Positions 13,901 through 28,600 of a DNA stretch of 64,000 nucleotides are shown piece after piece. The DNA is from Eledone cirrhosa (Eukaryota), in the NCBI GenBank assembly GCA_964016885.1, contig OZ024744.1, forward strand, positions 110,236,001-110,300,000, in the 5' to 3' direction. The position numbers and the translations under genes are program-made. The notes under the pieces were generated by a model. The model was not told the origin of the DNA, made no database searches, and was given only the letters and a program-made list of their open reading frames with translations. Position 1 is the first letter of the stretch, and every line of letters begins with the position of its first letter.

Positions 13901-16900
13901 AACACAGTAATACTACACAACCCACTATAACTTACCTTGCCCTGAACACAGTAAAACTACACAATCCACTATAACTTACCTTGCCCTGAACACAGTAAAA
14001 CTACACAATCCACTTCAACTTACCTTGCTCTGAACACAGTAAAACTACACAATCCACTATAACTTACCTTGCCCTGAACATACTAAAACTACACAATCCA
14101 CTATAACTTACCTTGCCCTGAACACAGTAAAACTACAAGATCCACTATAACTTACCTTGCTCTGAACACAGTAAAACTACACAATCCACTATAAATTACG
14201 TTGCCCTGAACACAGTAAGACTACACAATCTTCTATAACTTACCTTGCCCTGAACACAGTAAAACTACACAATCCACTATAACTTACCTTGCCCTGAACA
14301 CAGTAAAACTACACAATCCACTATAACTTACCTTGCCCTGAACACAGTAAATCTACATAATCCACTATAACTTACCTTGCCCTGAACACAGTAAAACTAC
14401 ACAATCCACTATAACTTACCTTGCCCTGAACACAGTAAAACAACACAATCCACTATAAATTACCTTGCCCTGAACACAGTAAAACTACACAATCCACTAT
14501 AACTTACCTTGCCCTGAACACAGTAAAACTACACAATCCACTATAACTTACCTTGCCCTGAACACTGTAAAACTACATAATCCACTATAACTTACCTTGC
14601 CCTGAAACAGTAAAACTACACAAACCACTATAACTTACCTTGCCCTGAACACAGTAAAACTACACAATCCACTATAACTTACCTTGCCCTGAACACAGTA
14701 AAACTACACAATCCACTATAACTTACCTTGCCCTGAACACAGTAAAACTACACAATCCACTATAACTTACCTTGCCCTGAACACAGTAAAACTACACGAT
14801 CCACTAAAACTTACCTTGCCCTGAACACAGTAAAACTACACGATCCACTATAACTTACCTTGCCCTGAACACAGTAAAACTACACAATCCACTATAACTA
14901 ACCTTGCTCTGAACACAGTAAAACTATACAATCCACCATAACTTACCTTGCCCTGAACACAGTAAAACTACACAATCCACTATAACTTACCTTGACCTGA
15001 ACAGAGTAAAACTACACAATCCACTATAACTTACCTTGCACTGGACACAGTAAAACTACACAACCCACTATAACTTACCTTGCCCTGAACACACTAAAAC
15101 TACACAATCCACTATAACTTACCTTGCACTGGACACAGTAAAACTACACAACCCACTATAACTTAACTGGCCCTGAACACAGTAAAACTACACAATCCAC
15201 CATGAATTACCTTGCCCTGAACAGAGTCAAACTACACAATCCACTATAACTTACCTTGACCTGAACAGAGTAAAACTACACAATCCACTATAACTTACCT
15301 TGACTTGAACAGAGTAAAACTACACAATCCACTATAACTTACCTTGACCTGAACAGAGTAAAACTACACAATCCACTATAACTTACCTTGACCTGAACAG
15401 AGTAAAACTACACAATCCACTATAACTTACCTTGCCCTGAACACAGTAAAACTACACAATCCACTATAACTTACCTTGACCTGAACAGAGTAAAACTACA
15501 CAATCCACTATAACTTACCTTGCACTGAAAACGGTAAAACTACACAACCCACTATAACTTACCTTGCCCTGAACATAGTAAAAGAACGTAATCCACTATA
15601 ACTTACCTTCCTTTGAACACAGTAAAACTACACAATCCACTATAATTTACCTTGCCCTGAACACAGTAAAACTACAAGATCCACTATAACTTACCTTGCT
15701 CTGAACACAGTAAAACTACATAATCCACTATAACTTACCTTGCCCTGAACACAGTAAAACTAACACAATCCACTATAACTTACCTTGCCCTGAACACAGT
15801 AAAACTACACAATCCACTATAACTTACCTTGCCCTGAATACAGTAAAACTACACAATCCACTATAAATTACGTTGCCCTGAACATACTAAAACTACACAA
15901 TCTTCTATAACTTACCTTGCCCTGATCACAGTAAAACTACACAATCCACTATAACTTTCCTTGCCCTGAACACAGTAAAACTACAAAACCCACTATAACA
16001 TACCTTGCCCTGAACACAGTAAAACTACACAATCCACTGTAACTTACCTTGCCCTGAACACAGTAAAACTACACAATCCACTATAACTTACCTTGCCCTG
16101 AACACAGTAAAACTGCATAATCCACTATAACTTACCTTGCCGTGAACACAGTAAAACTACACAATCCACTATAACTTACCTTGCCCTGAACACAGTAAAA
16201 CTACACAATCCACTATAAATTACCTTGCCCTGAACACAGTAAAACTACACAATCCACTATAACTTACTTTGCCCTGAACACAGTAAAACTACACAATCCA
16301 CTATAACTTACCTTGCCCTGAACACAGTAAAACTACACAATCCACTATAACTTACCTTGCCCTGAAACAGTAAAACTACACAAACCACTATAACTTACCT
16401 TGCCCTGAACACAGTAAAACTACACAATCCACTATAACTTACCTTGCCCTGAACACAGTAAAACTACACAATCCACTATAACTTACCTTGCCCTGAAACA
16501 GTAAAACTACACAAACCACTATAACTTACCTTGCCCTGAACACTGTAAAACTACATAATCCACTATAACTTACCTTGCCCTGAAACAGTAAAACTACACA
16601 AACCACTATAACTTACCTTGCCCTGAACACTGTAAAACTACATAATCCACTATAACTTACCTTGCCCTGAAACAGTAAAACTACACAAACCACTATAACT
16701 TACCTTGCCCTGAACACAGTAAAACTACACAATCCACTATAACTTACCTTGCCCTGAACACAGTAAAACTACACAATCCACTATAACTTACCTTGCCCTG
16801 AAACAGTAAAACTACACAAACCACTATAACTTACCTTGCCCTGAACACTGTAAAACTACATAATCCACTATAACTTACCTTGCCCTGAACACAGTAAAAC

Positions 16901-19900
16901 TACACAAACCACTATAACTTACCTTGCCCTGAACACAGTAAAACTACACAATCCACTATAACTTACCTTGCCTTGAACACAGTAAAACTACATGATCCAC
17001 TATAACTTACCTTGCCCTGAACACAGTAAAACTACACAATCCACTATAACTAACCTTGCTCTGAACACAGTAAAACTACACAATCCACTATAACTTACCT
17101 TGCCCTGAACACAGTAAAACTACACAATCCACTAAAACTAACCTTGCTCTGAACAGAGTAAAACTATACAATCCACCATAACTTACCTTGCCCTGAACAC
17201 AGTAAAACTACACAATCCACTATAACTTACCTTGACCTGAACAGAGTAAAACTACACAATCCACTATAACTTACCTTGCCCTGAACACACTAAAACTCCA
17301 CAATCCACTATAACTTACCTTGCACTGCAAACAGTAAAACTACACAACCCACTATAACTTACCTTGCTCTGAACACAGTAAAACTACACAATCCACTATA
17401 ACTTACCTTGCCCTGAACATAGTAAAAGAACGTAATCCACTATAACTTACCTTCCTTTGAACACAGTAAAACTACACAATCCACTATAATTTACCTTGCC
17501 CTGAACACAGTAAAACTACAAGATCCACTATAACTTACCTTGCTCTGAACACAGTAAAACTACATAATCCACTATAACTTACCTTGCCCTGAACACAGTA
17601 AAACTACACAATCCACTATAAATTACGTTGCCCTGAACATACTAAAACTACACAATCTTCTATAACTTACCTTGCCCTGAACACAGTAAAACTACACAAT
17701 CCACTGTAACTTACCTTGCCCTGAACACAGTAAAACTACACAATCCACTATAACTTACCTTGCCCTGAACACAGTAAAACTGCATAATCCACTATAAATT
17801 ACCTTGCCCTGAACACAGTAAAACTACACAATCCACTATAACTTACCTTGCCCTGAACACAGTAAAACTACACAATCCACTATAACTTACCTTGCCCTGA
17901 ACACTGTAAAACTACATAATCCACTATAACTTACCTTGCCCTGAAACAGTAAAACTACACAAACCACTATAACTTACCTTGCCCTGAACACAGTAAAACT
18001 ACATAATCCACTATAACTTACCTTGCCCTGAACACACTAAAACTACACAATCCACTATAACTTAACTGGCCCTGAACACAGTAAAACTACACAATCCACT
18101 ATAACTTAGCTTGCACTGAACACAGTAAAACTACACAATCCACTATAACTTACCTTGCCCTGAACACAGTAAAACTACACAATCCACTATAACTTACCTT
18201 GACCTGAACAGAGTAAAACTACACAATCCACTATAACTTACCTTGCACTGGACACAGTAAAACTACACAACCCACTATAACTTACCTTGCCCTGAACACA
18301 CTAAAACTACACAATCCACTATAACTTACCTTGCACTGGACACAGTAAAACTACACAACCCACTATAACTTACCTTGCCCTGAACACAGAAAACTACACA
18401 ATCCACTATAACTTAACTGGCCCTGAACACAGTAAAACTACACAATCCACCATGAATTACCTTGCCCTGAACAGAGTCAAACTACACAATCCACTATAAC
18501 TTACCTTGACCTGAACAGAGTAAAACTACACAATCCACTATAACTTACCTTGACTTGAACAGAGTAAAACTACACAATCCACTATAACTTACCTTGACCT
18601 GAACAGAGTAAAACTACACAATCCACTATAACTTACCTTGACCTGAACAGAGTAAAACTACACAATCCACTATAACTTACCTTGCCCTGAACACAGTAAA
18701 ACTACACAATCCACTATAACTTACCTTGACCTGAACAGAGTAAAACTACACAATCCACTATAACTTACCTTGCACTGAAAACGGTAAAACTACACAACCC
18801 ACTATAACTTACCTTGCCCTGAACATAGTAAAAGAACGTAATCCACTATAACTTACCTTCCTTTGAACACAGTAAAACTACACAATCCACTATAATTTAC
18901 CTTGCCCTGAACACAGTAAAACTACAAGATCCACTATAACTTACCTTGCTCTGAACACAGTAAAACTACATAATCCACTATAACTTACCTTGCCCTGAAC
19001 ACAGTAAAACTAACACAATCCACTATAACTTACCTTGCCCTGAACACAGTAAAACTACACAATCCACTATAACTTACCTTGCCCTGAATACAGTAAAACT
19101 ACACAATCCACTATAAATTACGTTGCCCTGAACATACTAAAACTACACAATCTTCTATAACTTACCTTGCCCTGATCACAGTAAAACTACACAATCCACT
19201 ATAACTTTCCTTGCCCTGAACACAGTAAAACTACAAAACCCACTATAACATACCTTGCCCTGAACACAGTAAAACTACACAATCCACTGTAACTTACCTT
19301 GCCCTGAACACAGTAAAACTACACAATCCACTATAACTTACCTTGCCCTGAACACAGTAAAACTGCATAATCCACTATAACTTACCTTGCCGTGAACACA
19401 GTAAAACTACACAATCCACTATAACTTACCTTGCCCTGAACACAGTAAAACTACACAATCCACTATAAATTACCTTGCCCTGAACACAGTAAAACCACAC
19501 AATCCACTATAACTTACTTTGCCCTGAACACAGTAAAACTACATAATCCACTATAACTTACCTTGCCCTGAAACAGTAAAACTACACAAACCACTATAAC
19601 TTACCTTGCCCTGAACACAGTAAAACTACACGATCCACTATAACTTACCTTGCCTTGAACACAGTAAAACTACATGATCCACTATAACTTACCTTGCCCT
19701 GAACACAGTAAAACTACACAATCCACTATAACTAACCTTGCTCTGAACACAGTAAAACTACACAATCCACTATAACTTACCTTGCCCTGAACACAGTAAA
19801 ACTACACAATCCACTAAAACTAACCTTGCTCTGAACAGAGTAAAACTACACAATCCACTATAACTTACCTTGACCTGAACAGAGTAAAACTACACAATCC

Positions 19901-22900
19901 ACTATAACTTACCTTGCCCTGAACACACTAAAACTCCACAACCCACTATAACTTACCTTGCTCTGAACACAGTAAAACTACACAATCCACTATAACTTAC
20001 CTTGCCCTGAACATAGTAAAAGAACGTAATCCACTATAACTTACCTTCCTTTGAACACAGTAAAACTACACAATCCACTATAATTTACCTTGCCCTGAAC
20101 ACAGTAAAACTACAAGATCCACTATAACTTACCTTGCTCTGAACACAGTAAAACTACATAATCCACTATAACTTACCTTGCCCTGAACACAGTAAAACTA
20201 CACAATCCACTATAAATTACGTTGCCCTGAACATACTAAAACTACACAATCTTCTATAACTTACCTTGCCCTGAACACAGTAAAACTACACAATCCACTG
20301 TAACTTACCTTGCCCTGAACACAGTAAAACTACACAATCCACTATAACTTACCTTGCCCTGAACACAGTAAAACTGCATAATCCACTATAAATTACCTTG
20401 CCCTGAACACAGTAAAACTACACAATCCACTATAACTTACCTTGCCCTGAACACAGTAAAACTACACAATCCACTATAACTTACCTTGCCCTGAACACTG
20501 TAAAACTACATAATCCACTATAACTTACCTTGCCCTGAAACAGTAAAACTACACAAACCACTATAACTTACCTTGCCCTGAACACAGTAAAACTACATAA
20601 TCCACTATAACTTACCTTGCCCTGAACACACTAAAACTACACAATCCACTATAACTTAACTGGCCCTGAACACAGTAAAACTACACAATCCACTATAACT
20701 TAGCTTGCACTGAACACAGTAAAACTACACAATCCACTATAACTTACCTTGCCCTGAACACAGTAAAACTACACAATCCACTTCAACTTACCTTGCTCTG
20801 AACACAGTAAAACTACACAATCCACTATAACTTACCTTACCCTGAACACAGTAAAATTACACAACCCACTATAACTAACCTTGCCCTGAACACAGTAAAA
20901 CTACACAATCCACTATAACTTACTTTGCTCTGAACACAGTAAAACTACACAATCCACCTTAACTTACCTTGCTCTGAACACAGTAAAACTACACAATCCA
21001 CTTCAACTTACCTTGCTCTGAACACAGTAAAACTACACAATCCACTATAACTTACCTTGCCCTGAACACAGTAAAACTACACGATCCACTATAAATTACC
21101 TTGCCCTGAACACAGTAAAACTACACAATCCACTATAACTTACCTTGCCCTGAACACAGTAAAACTAAACAATCCGCTATAACTTACCTTGCCCTGAACA
21201 CAGTAAAACTACACAATCCACTATAACTAACCTTTCTCTGAACACAGTAAAACTATACAATCCACCATAACTTACCTTGCCCTGAACACAGTAAAACTAC
21301 ACAATCCACTATAACTTACCTTGACCTGAACAGAGTAAAACTACACAATCCACTATAACTTACCTTGCACTGGACACAGTAAAACTACACAACCCACTAT
21401 AACTTACCTTGCCCTGAACACACTAAAACTACACAATCCACTATAACTTACCTTGCACTGGACACAGTAAAACTACACAACCCACTATAACTTACCTTGC
21501 CCTGAACACACTAAAACTACACAATCCACTATAACTTACCTTGACCTGAACAGAGTAAAACTACACAATCCACTATAACTTACTTTGACCTGAACAGAGT
21601 AAAACTACACAATCCACTATAACTTACCTTGACCTGAACAGAGTAAAACTACACAATCCACTATAACTTACCTTGCCCTGAACACTGTAAAACTACACAA
21701 TCCACTATAACTTACCTTGCTCTGAACACAGTAAAACTACACAATCCAATTCAACTTACCTTGCTCTGAACACAGTAAAACTACACAATCCAATTCAACT
21801 TACCTTGCTCTGAACACAGTAAAACTACACAATCCACTTTAACTTACCTTGCTCTGAACACAGTAAAACTACACAATCCACTATAAATTACCTTGCCTTG
21901 AACACAGTAAAATTACACAATCCACTATAACTAAACTTGCCCCGAACACAGTAAAACTACACAATCCACTATAACTTACCTTGCTCTGAACACAGTAAAA
22001 CTACACAATCCACTATAACTTACCTTGCCCTGAACACAGTAAAACTACGTAATCCACTATAACTTACCTTGCCCTGAACACAGTAAAACTACACAATCCA
22101 CTATAATTTACCTTGCCCTGAACACAGTAAAACTACACAATCCACTATAACTGACATTGGTCTGAACACAGTAAAACTACACAATCCACTATAACTTACC
22201 TTGCTCTGAACACAGTAAAACTACACAATCCACTATAACTTACCTTGCCCTGAACACAGTAAAACTACACAATCCACCATAACTTACCTTGCCCTGAACA
22301 CAGTAAAAGAACACAATCTTCTATAACTTACCTTGCCCTGAATACAGTAAAACTACACAATCCCCTATACCTTACCTTGCTCTGAACACAGTAAAACTAC
22401 ACAATCCACTATAACTTACCTTGCCCTGAACACAGTAAAACTACACAATCCACTATAACTTAAATTGCCCAGAACTCAGTAAAACTACATAATCCACTGT
22501 AACTTACCTTGCCCTGAACACAGTAAAAGTACACAACCCACTATAACTTACCTTGCTCTGAACACAGCAAAACTACACAATCCACTATAACTTACCTTGC
22601 CCTGAACACAGTAAAACTACACAATCCACTATAACTTACCTTGCCCTGAACACAGTAAAAGTACATAATCCACTATAACTTACCTTGCTCTGAACACAGT
22701 ATAACTTACCTTGCTCTGAACACAGTAAAACTACACGATCCAATTTAACTTACCTTGCATTGAACACAGTAAAACTACACAATCCACTATAACTTACCTT
22801 GCTCCGAACACAGTAAAACTACATAATCCACTATAACTTACCTTGCCCTGAACACAGTAAAACTAACACAATCCACTATAACGTACCTTGCCCTGAACAC

Positions 22901-25600
22901 AGTAAAACTACAGAATCCACTATAACTTACCTTGCTCTGAACACAGTAAAACTACATAATCCACTATAACTTACCTTGCCCTGAACACAGTAAAACTACA
23001 CAATCCACTATAAATTACGTTTCCATGAACATACTAAAACTACACAATCTTCTATAACTTACCTTGCCCTGAACACATTAAAACTACACAATCCACTATA
23101 ACTTACCTTGCCCTGAACACAGTAAAACTACACAATCCACTATAACTTACCTTGCCCTGAACACAGTAATACTACACAACCCACTATAACTTACCTTGCC
23201 CTGAACACAGTAAAACTACACAATCCACTATAACTTACCTTGCCCTGAACACAGTAAAACTACACAATCCACTTCAACTTACCTTGCTCTGAACACAGTA
23301 AAACTACACAATCCACTATAACTTACCTTGCCCTGAACATACTAAAACTACACAATCCACTATAACTTACCTTGCCCTGAACACAGTAAAACTACAAGAT
23401 CCACTATAACTTACCTTGCTCTGAACACAGTAAAACTACACAATCCACTATAAATTACGTTGCCCTGAACACAGTAAGACTACACAATCTTCTATAACTT
23501 ACCTTGCCCTGAACACAGTAAAACTACACGATCCACTATAACTTACCTTGCCCTGAACACAGTAAAACTACACAATCCACTATAACTTACCTTGCCCTGA
23601 ACACAGTAAATCTACATAATCCACTATAACTTACCTTGCCCTGAACACAGTAAAACTACACAATCCACTATAACTTACCTTGCCCTGAACACAGTAAAAC
23701 AACACAATCCACTATAAATTACCTTGCCCTGAACACAGTAAAACTACACAATCCACTATAACTTACCTTGCCCTGAACACAGTAAAACTACACAATCCAC
23801 TATAACTTACCTTGCCCTGAACACTGTAAAACTACATAATCCACTATAACTTACCTTGCCCTGAAACAGTAAAACTACACAAACCACTATAACTTACCTT
23901 GCCCTGAACACAGTAAAACTACACAATCCACTATAACTTACCTTGCCCTGAACACAGTAAAACTACACAATCCACTATAACTTACCTTGCCCTGAACACA
24001 GTAAAACTACACAATCCACTATAACTTACCTTGCCCTGAACACAGTAAAACTACACGATCCACTAAAACTTACCTTGCCCTGAACACAGTAAAACTACAC
24101 GATCCACTATAACTTACCTTGCCCTGAACACAGTAAAACTACACAATCCACTATAACTAACCTTGCTCTGAACACAGTAAAACTATACAATCCACCATAA
24201 CTTACCTTGCCCTGAACACAGTAAAACTACACAATCCACTATAACTTACCTTGACCTGAACAGAGTAAAACTACACAATCCACTATAACTTACCTTGCAC
24301 TGGACACAGTAAAACTACACAACCCACTATAACTTACCTTGCCCTGAACACACTAAAACTACACAATCCACTATAACTTACCTTGCACTGGACACAGTAA
24401 AACTACACAACCCACTATAACTTACCTTGCCCTGAACACAGAAAACTACACAATCCACTATAACTTAACTGGCCCTGAACACAGTAAAACTACACAATCC
24501 ACCATGAATTACCTTGCCCTGAACAGAGTCAAACTACACAATCCACTATAACTTACCTTGACCTGAACAGAGTAAAACTACACAATCCACTATAACTTAC
24601 CTTGACTTGAACAGAGTAAAACTACACAATCCACTATAACTTACCTTGACCTGAACAGAGTAAAACTACACAATCCACTATAACTTACCTTGACCTGAAC
24701 AGAGTAAAACTACACAATCCACTATAACTTACCTTGCCCTGAACACAGTAAAACTACACAATCCACTATAACTTACCTTGACCTGAACAGAGTAAAACTA
24801 CACAATCCACTATAACTTACCTTGCACTGAAAACGGTAAAACTACACAACCCACTATAACTTACCTTGCCCTGAACATAGTAAAAGAACGTAATCCACTA
24901 TAACTTACCTTCCTTTGAACACAGTAAAACTACACAATCCACTATAATTTACCTTGCCCTGAACACAGTAAAACTACAAGATCCACTATAACTTACCTTG
25001 CTCTGAACACAGTAAAACTACATAATCCACTATAACTTACCTTGCCCTGAACACAGTAAAACTAACACAATCCACTATAACTTACCTTGCCCTGAACACA
25101 GTAAAACTACACAATCCACTATAACTTACCTTGCCCTGAATACAGTAAAACTACACAATCCACTATAAATTACGTTGCCCTGAACATACTAAAACTACAC
25201 AATCTTCTATAACTTACCTTGCCCTGATCACAGTAAAACTACACAATCCACTATAACTTTCCTTGCCCTGAACACAGTAAAACTACAAAACCCACTATAA
25301 CATACCTTGCCCTGAACACAGTAAAACTACACAATCCACTGTAACTTACCTTGCCCTGAACACAGTAAAACTACACAATCCACTATAACTTACCTTGCCC
25401 TGAACACAGTAAAACTGCATAATCCACTATAACTTACCTTGCCGTGAACACAGTAAAACTACACAATCCACTATAACTTACCTTGCCCTGAACACAGTAA
25501 AACTACACATTCCACTATAAATTACCTTGCCCTGAACACAGTAAAACTACACAATCCACTATAACTTACTTTGCCCTGAACACAGTAAAACTACACAATC
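1990..25600. repeat. Large higher-order tandem duplication: copy A about 1990-10930, copy B about 10930-20630, partial copy C about 20630-25600
   Basis: Rare markers recur at consistent offsets: TTACCC at 2185/11138/20837 (8953, 9699); 26-bp deletion monomer at 4041/13434/22693 (9393, 9259); the GATC of TGATCA at 6531/15924/25226 and 9475/19174. Offset differences are explained by 440-, 306- and 43-bp insertions. Confidence 0.9.
11840..12720. repeat. Local 10-monomer (440 bp) tandem duplication private to copy B
   Basis: TTACTTTGAC at 11881 and 12321; AAATTACACA...ACTAAACTTG at 12211 and 12651. The same cassette is single-copy in copy A (about 2.9-3.3 kb) and copy C (about 21.55-21.95 kb). 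Confidence 0.9.
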
Positions 25601-28600
25601 CACTATAACTTACCTTGCCCTGAACACTGAAAAACTGCATAATCCACTATAACTTACCTTGCCGTGAACACAGTAAAACTACACAATCCACTATAACTTA
25701 CCTTGCCCTGAACACAGTAAAACTACACAATCCACTATAACTTACCTTGCTCTGAACACAGTAAAACTACACAATCCACTATAACTTACCTTGCCCTGAA
25801 CACAGTAAAACTACACAATCCACTATAACTTACCTTGCCCTGAACACAGTAAAACTAAACAATCCACTATAACTTACCTTGCCCTGAAACAGTAAAACTA
25901 CACAAACCACTATAACTTACCTTGCCCTGAACACAGTAAAACTACACGATCCACTATAACTTACCTTGCCTTGAACACAGTAAAACTACATGATCCACTA
26001 TAACTTACCTTGCCCTGAACACAGTAAAACTACACAATCCACTATAACTAACCTTGCTCTGAACACAGTAAAACTACACAATCCACTATAACTTACCTTG
26101 CCCTGAACACAGTAAAACTACACAATCCACTAAAACTAACCTTGCTCTGAACAGAGTAAAACTATACAATCCACCATAACTTACCTTGCCCTGAACACAG
26201 TAAAACTACACAATCCACTATAACTAACCTTGCTCTGAACACAGTAAAACTACACAATCCACTATAACTTACCTTGCCCTGAACACAGTAAAACTACACA
26301 ATCCACTAAAACTAACCTTGCTCTGAACAGAGTAAAACTATACAATCCACCATAACTTACCTTGCCCTGAACACAGTAAAACTAACACAATCCACTATAA
26401 CTTACCTTGCTCTGAACACAGTAAAACTACATAATCCACTATAACTTACCTTGCCCTGAACATAGTAAAAGAACGTAATCCACTATAACTTACCTTCCTT
26501 TGAACACAGTAAAACTACACAATCCACTATAACTTACCTTCCTTTGAACACAGTAAAACAACACAATCCACTATAACTTACCTTGCCCTGAACACAGTAA
26601 AACTACAAGATCCACTATAACTTACCTTGCTCTGAACACAGTAAAACTACATAATCCACTATAACTTACCTTGCCCTGAACACAGTAAAACTACACAATC
26701 CACTATAAATTACGTTGCCCTGAACATACTAAAACTACACAATCTTCTATAACTTACCTTGCCCTGAACACAGTAAAACTACACAATCCACTATAACTTT
26801 CCTTGCCCTGAACACAGTAAAACTACACAACCCACTATAACATACCTTGCCCTGAACACAGTAAAACTACACAATCCACTTTAACTTACCTTGCACTGAA
26901 CACAGTAAAACTACACAATCTTCTATAACTTACCTTGCCCTGAACACAGTAAAACTACACAATCCACTGTAACTTACCTTGCCCTGAACACAGTAAAACT
27001 ACACAATCCACTATAACTTACCTTGCCCTGAACACAGTAAAACTGCATAATCCACTATAAATTACCTTGCCCTGAACACAGTAAAACTACACAATCCACT
27101 ATAACTTACCTTGCCCTGAACACAGTAAAACTACACAATCCGCTATAACTTACCTTGCCCTGAACACTGTAAAACTACATAATCCACTATAACTTACCTT
27201 GCCCTGAAACAGTAAAACTACACAAACCACTATAACTTACCTTGCTCTGAACACAGTAAAACTACATAATCCACTATAACTTACCTTGCCCTGAACACAC
27301 TAAAACTACACAATCCACTATAACTTAACTGGCCCTGAACACAGTAAAACTACACAATCCACTATAACTTAGCTTGCACTGAACACAGTAAAACTACACA
27401 ATCCACTATAACTTACCTTGCCCTGAACACAGTAAAACTACACAATCCACTTCAACTTAACTTGCTCTGAACACAGTAAAACTACACAATCCACTATAAC
27501 TTACCTTGCCCTGAACACAGTAAAATTACACAACCCACTATAACTAACCTTGCCCTGAACACAGTAAAACTACACAATCCACTATAACTTACTTTGCTCT
27601 GAACACAGTAAAACTACACAATCCACCTTAACTTACCTTGCTCTGAACACAGTAAAACTACACAATCCACTTCAACTTACCTTGCTCTGAACACAGTAAA
27701 ACTACACAATCCACTATAACTTACCTTGCCCTGAACACAGTAAAACTACACGATCCACTATAAATTACCTTGCCCTGAACACAGTAAAACTACACAATCC
27801 ACTATAACTTACCTTGCCCTGAACACAGTAAAACTAAACAATCCACTATAACTTACCTTGCCCTGAACACAGTAAAACTACACAATCCACTATAACTAAC
27901 CTTGCTCTGAACACAGTAAAACTATACGATCCACCATAACTTACCTTGCCCTGAACACAGTAAAACTACACAATCCACTATAACTTACCTTGACTTGAAC
28001 AGAGTAAAACTACACAATCCACTATAACTTACCTTGCACTGGACACAGTAAAACTACACAACCCACTATAACTTACCTTGCCCTGAACACACTAAAACTA
28101 CACAATCCACTATAACTTACCTTGCACTGGACACAGTAAAACTACACAACCCACTATAACTTACCTTGCCCTGAACACACTAAAACTACACAATCCACTA
28201 TAACTTACCTTGCCCTGAACACAGTAAAATTACACAATCCACTATAACTTACCTTGCCCTAAACACAGTAAAACTACATAATCCACTATAACTTAACATG
28301 CTCTGAACACAGTAAAACTACACAACCCACTATAACTTACCTTGCCTTGAACACAGTAAAACTACACAATCCACAATAACTTACCTTGCCCTGAACATAG
28401 TAAAACTACTTAATCCACTATAACTTACCTTCCTCTAAACACAGTAAAACTACACAATCCACTATAACTTACCTTGCCCAGAACACAGTAAAACTACGTA
28501 ATCCACTATAACTTACCTTGCCCTGAACACAGTAAAACTAACACAATCCACTATAACTTACCTTGCCCTGAACACAGTAAAACTACACCATCCACTATAA

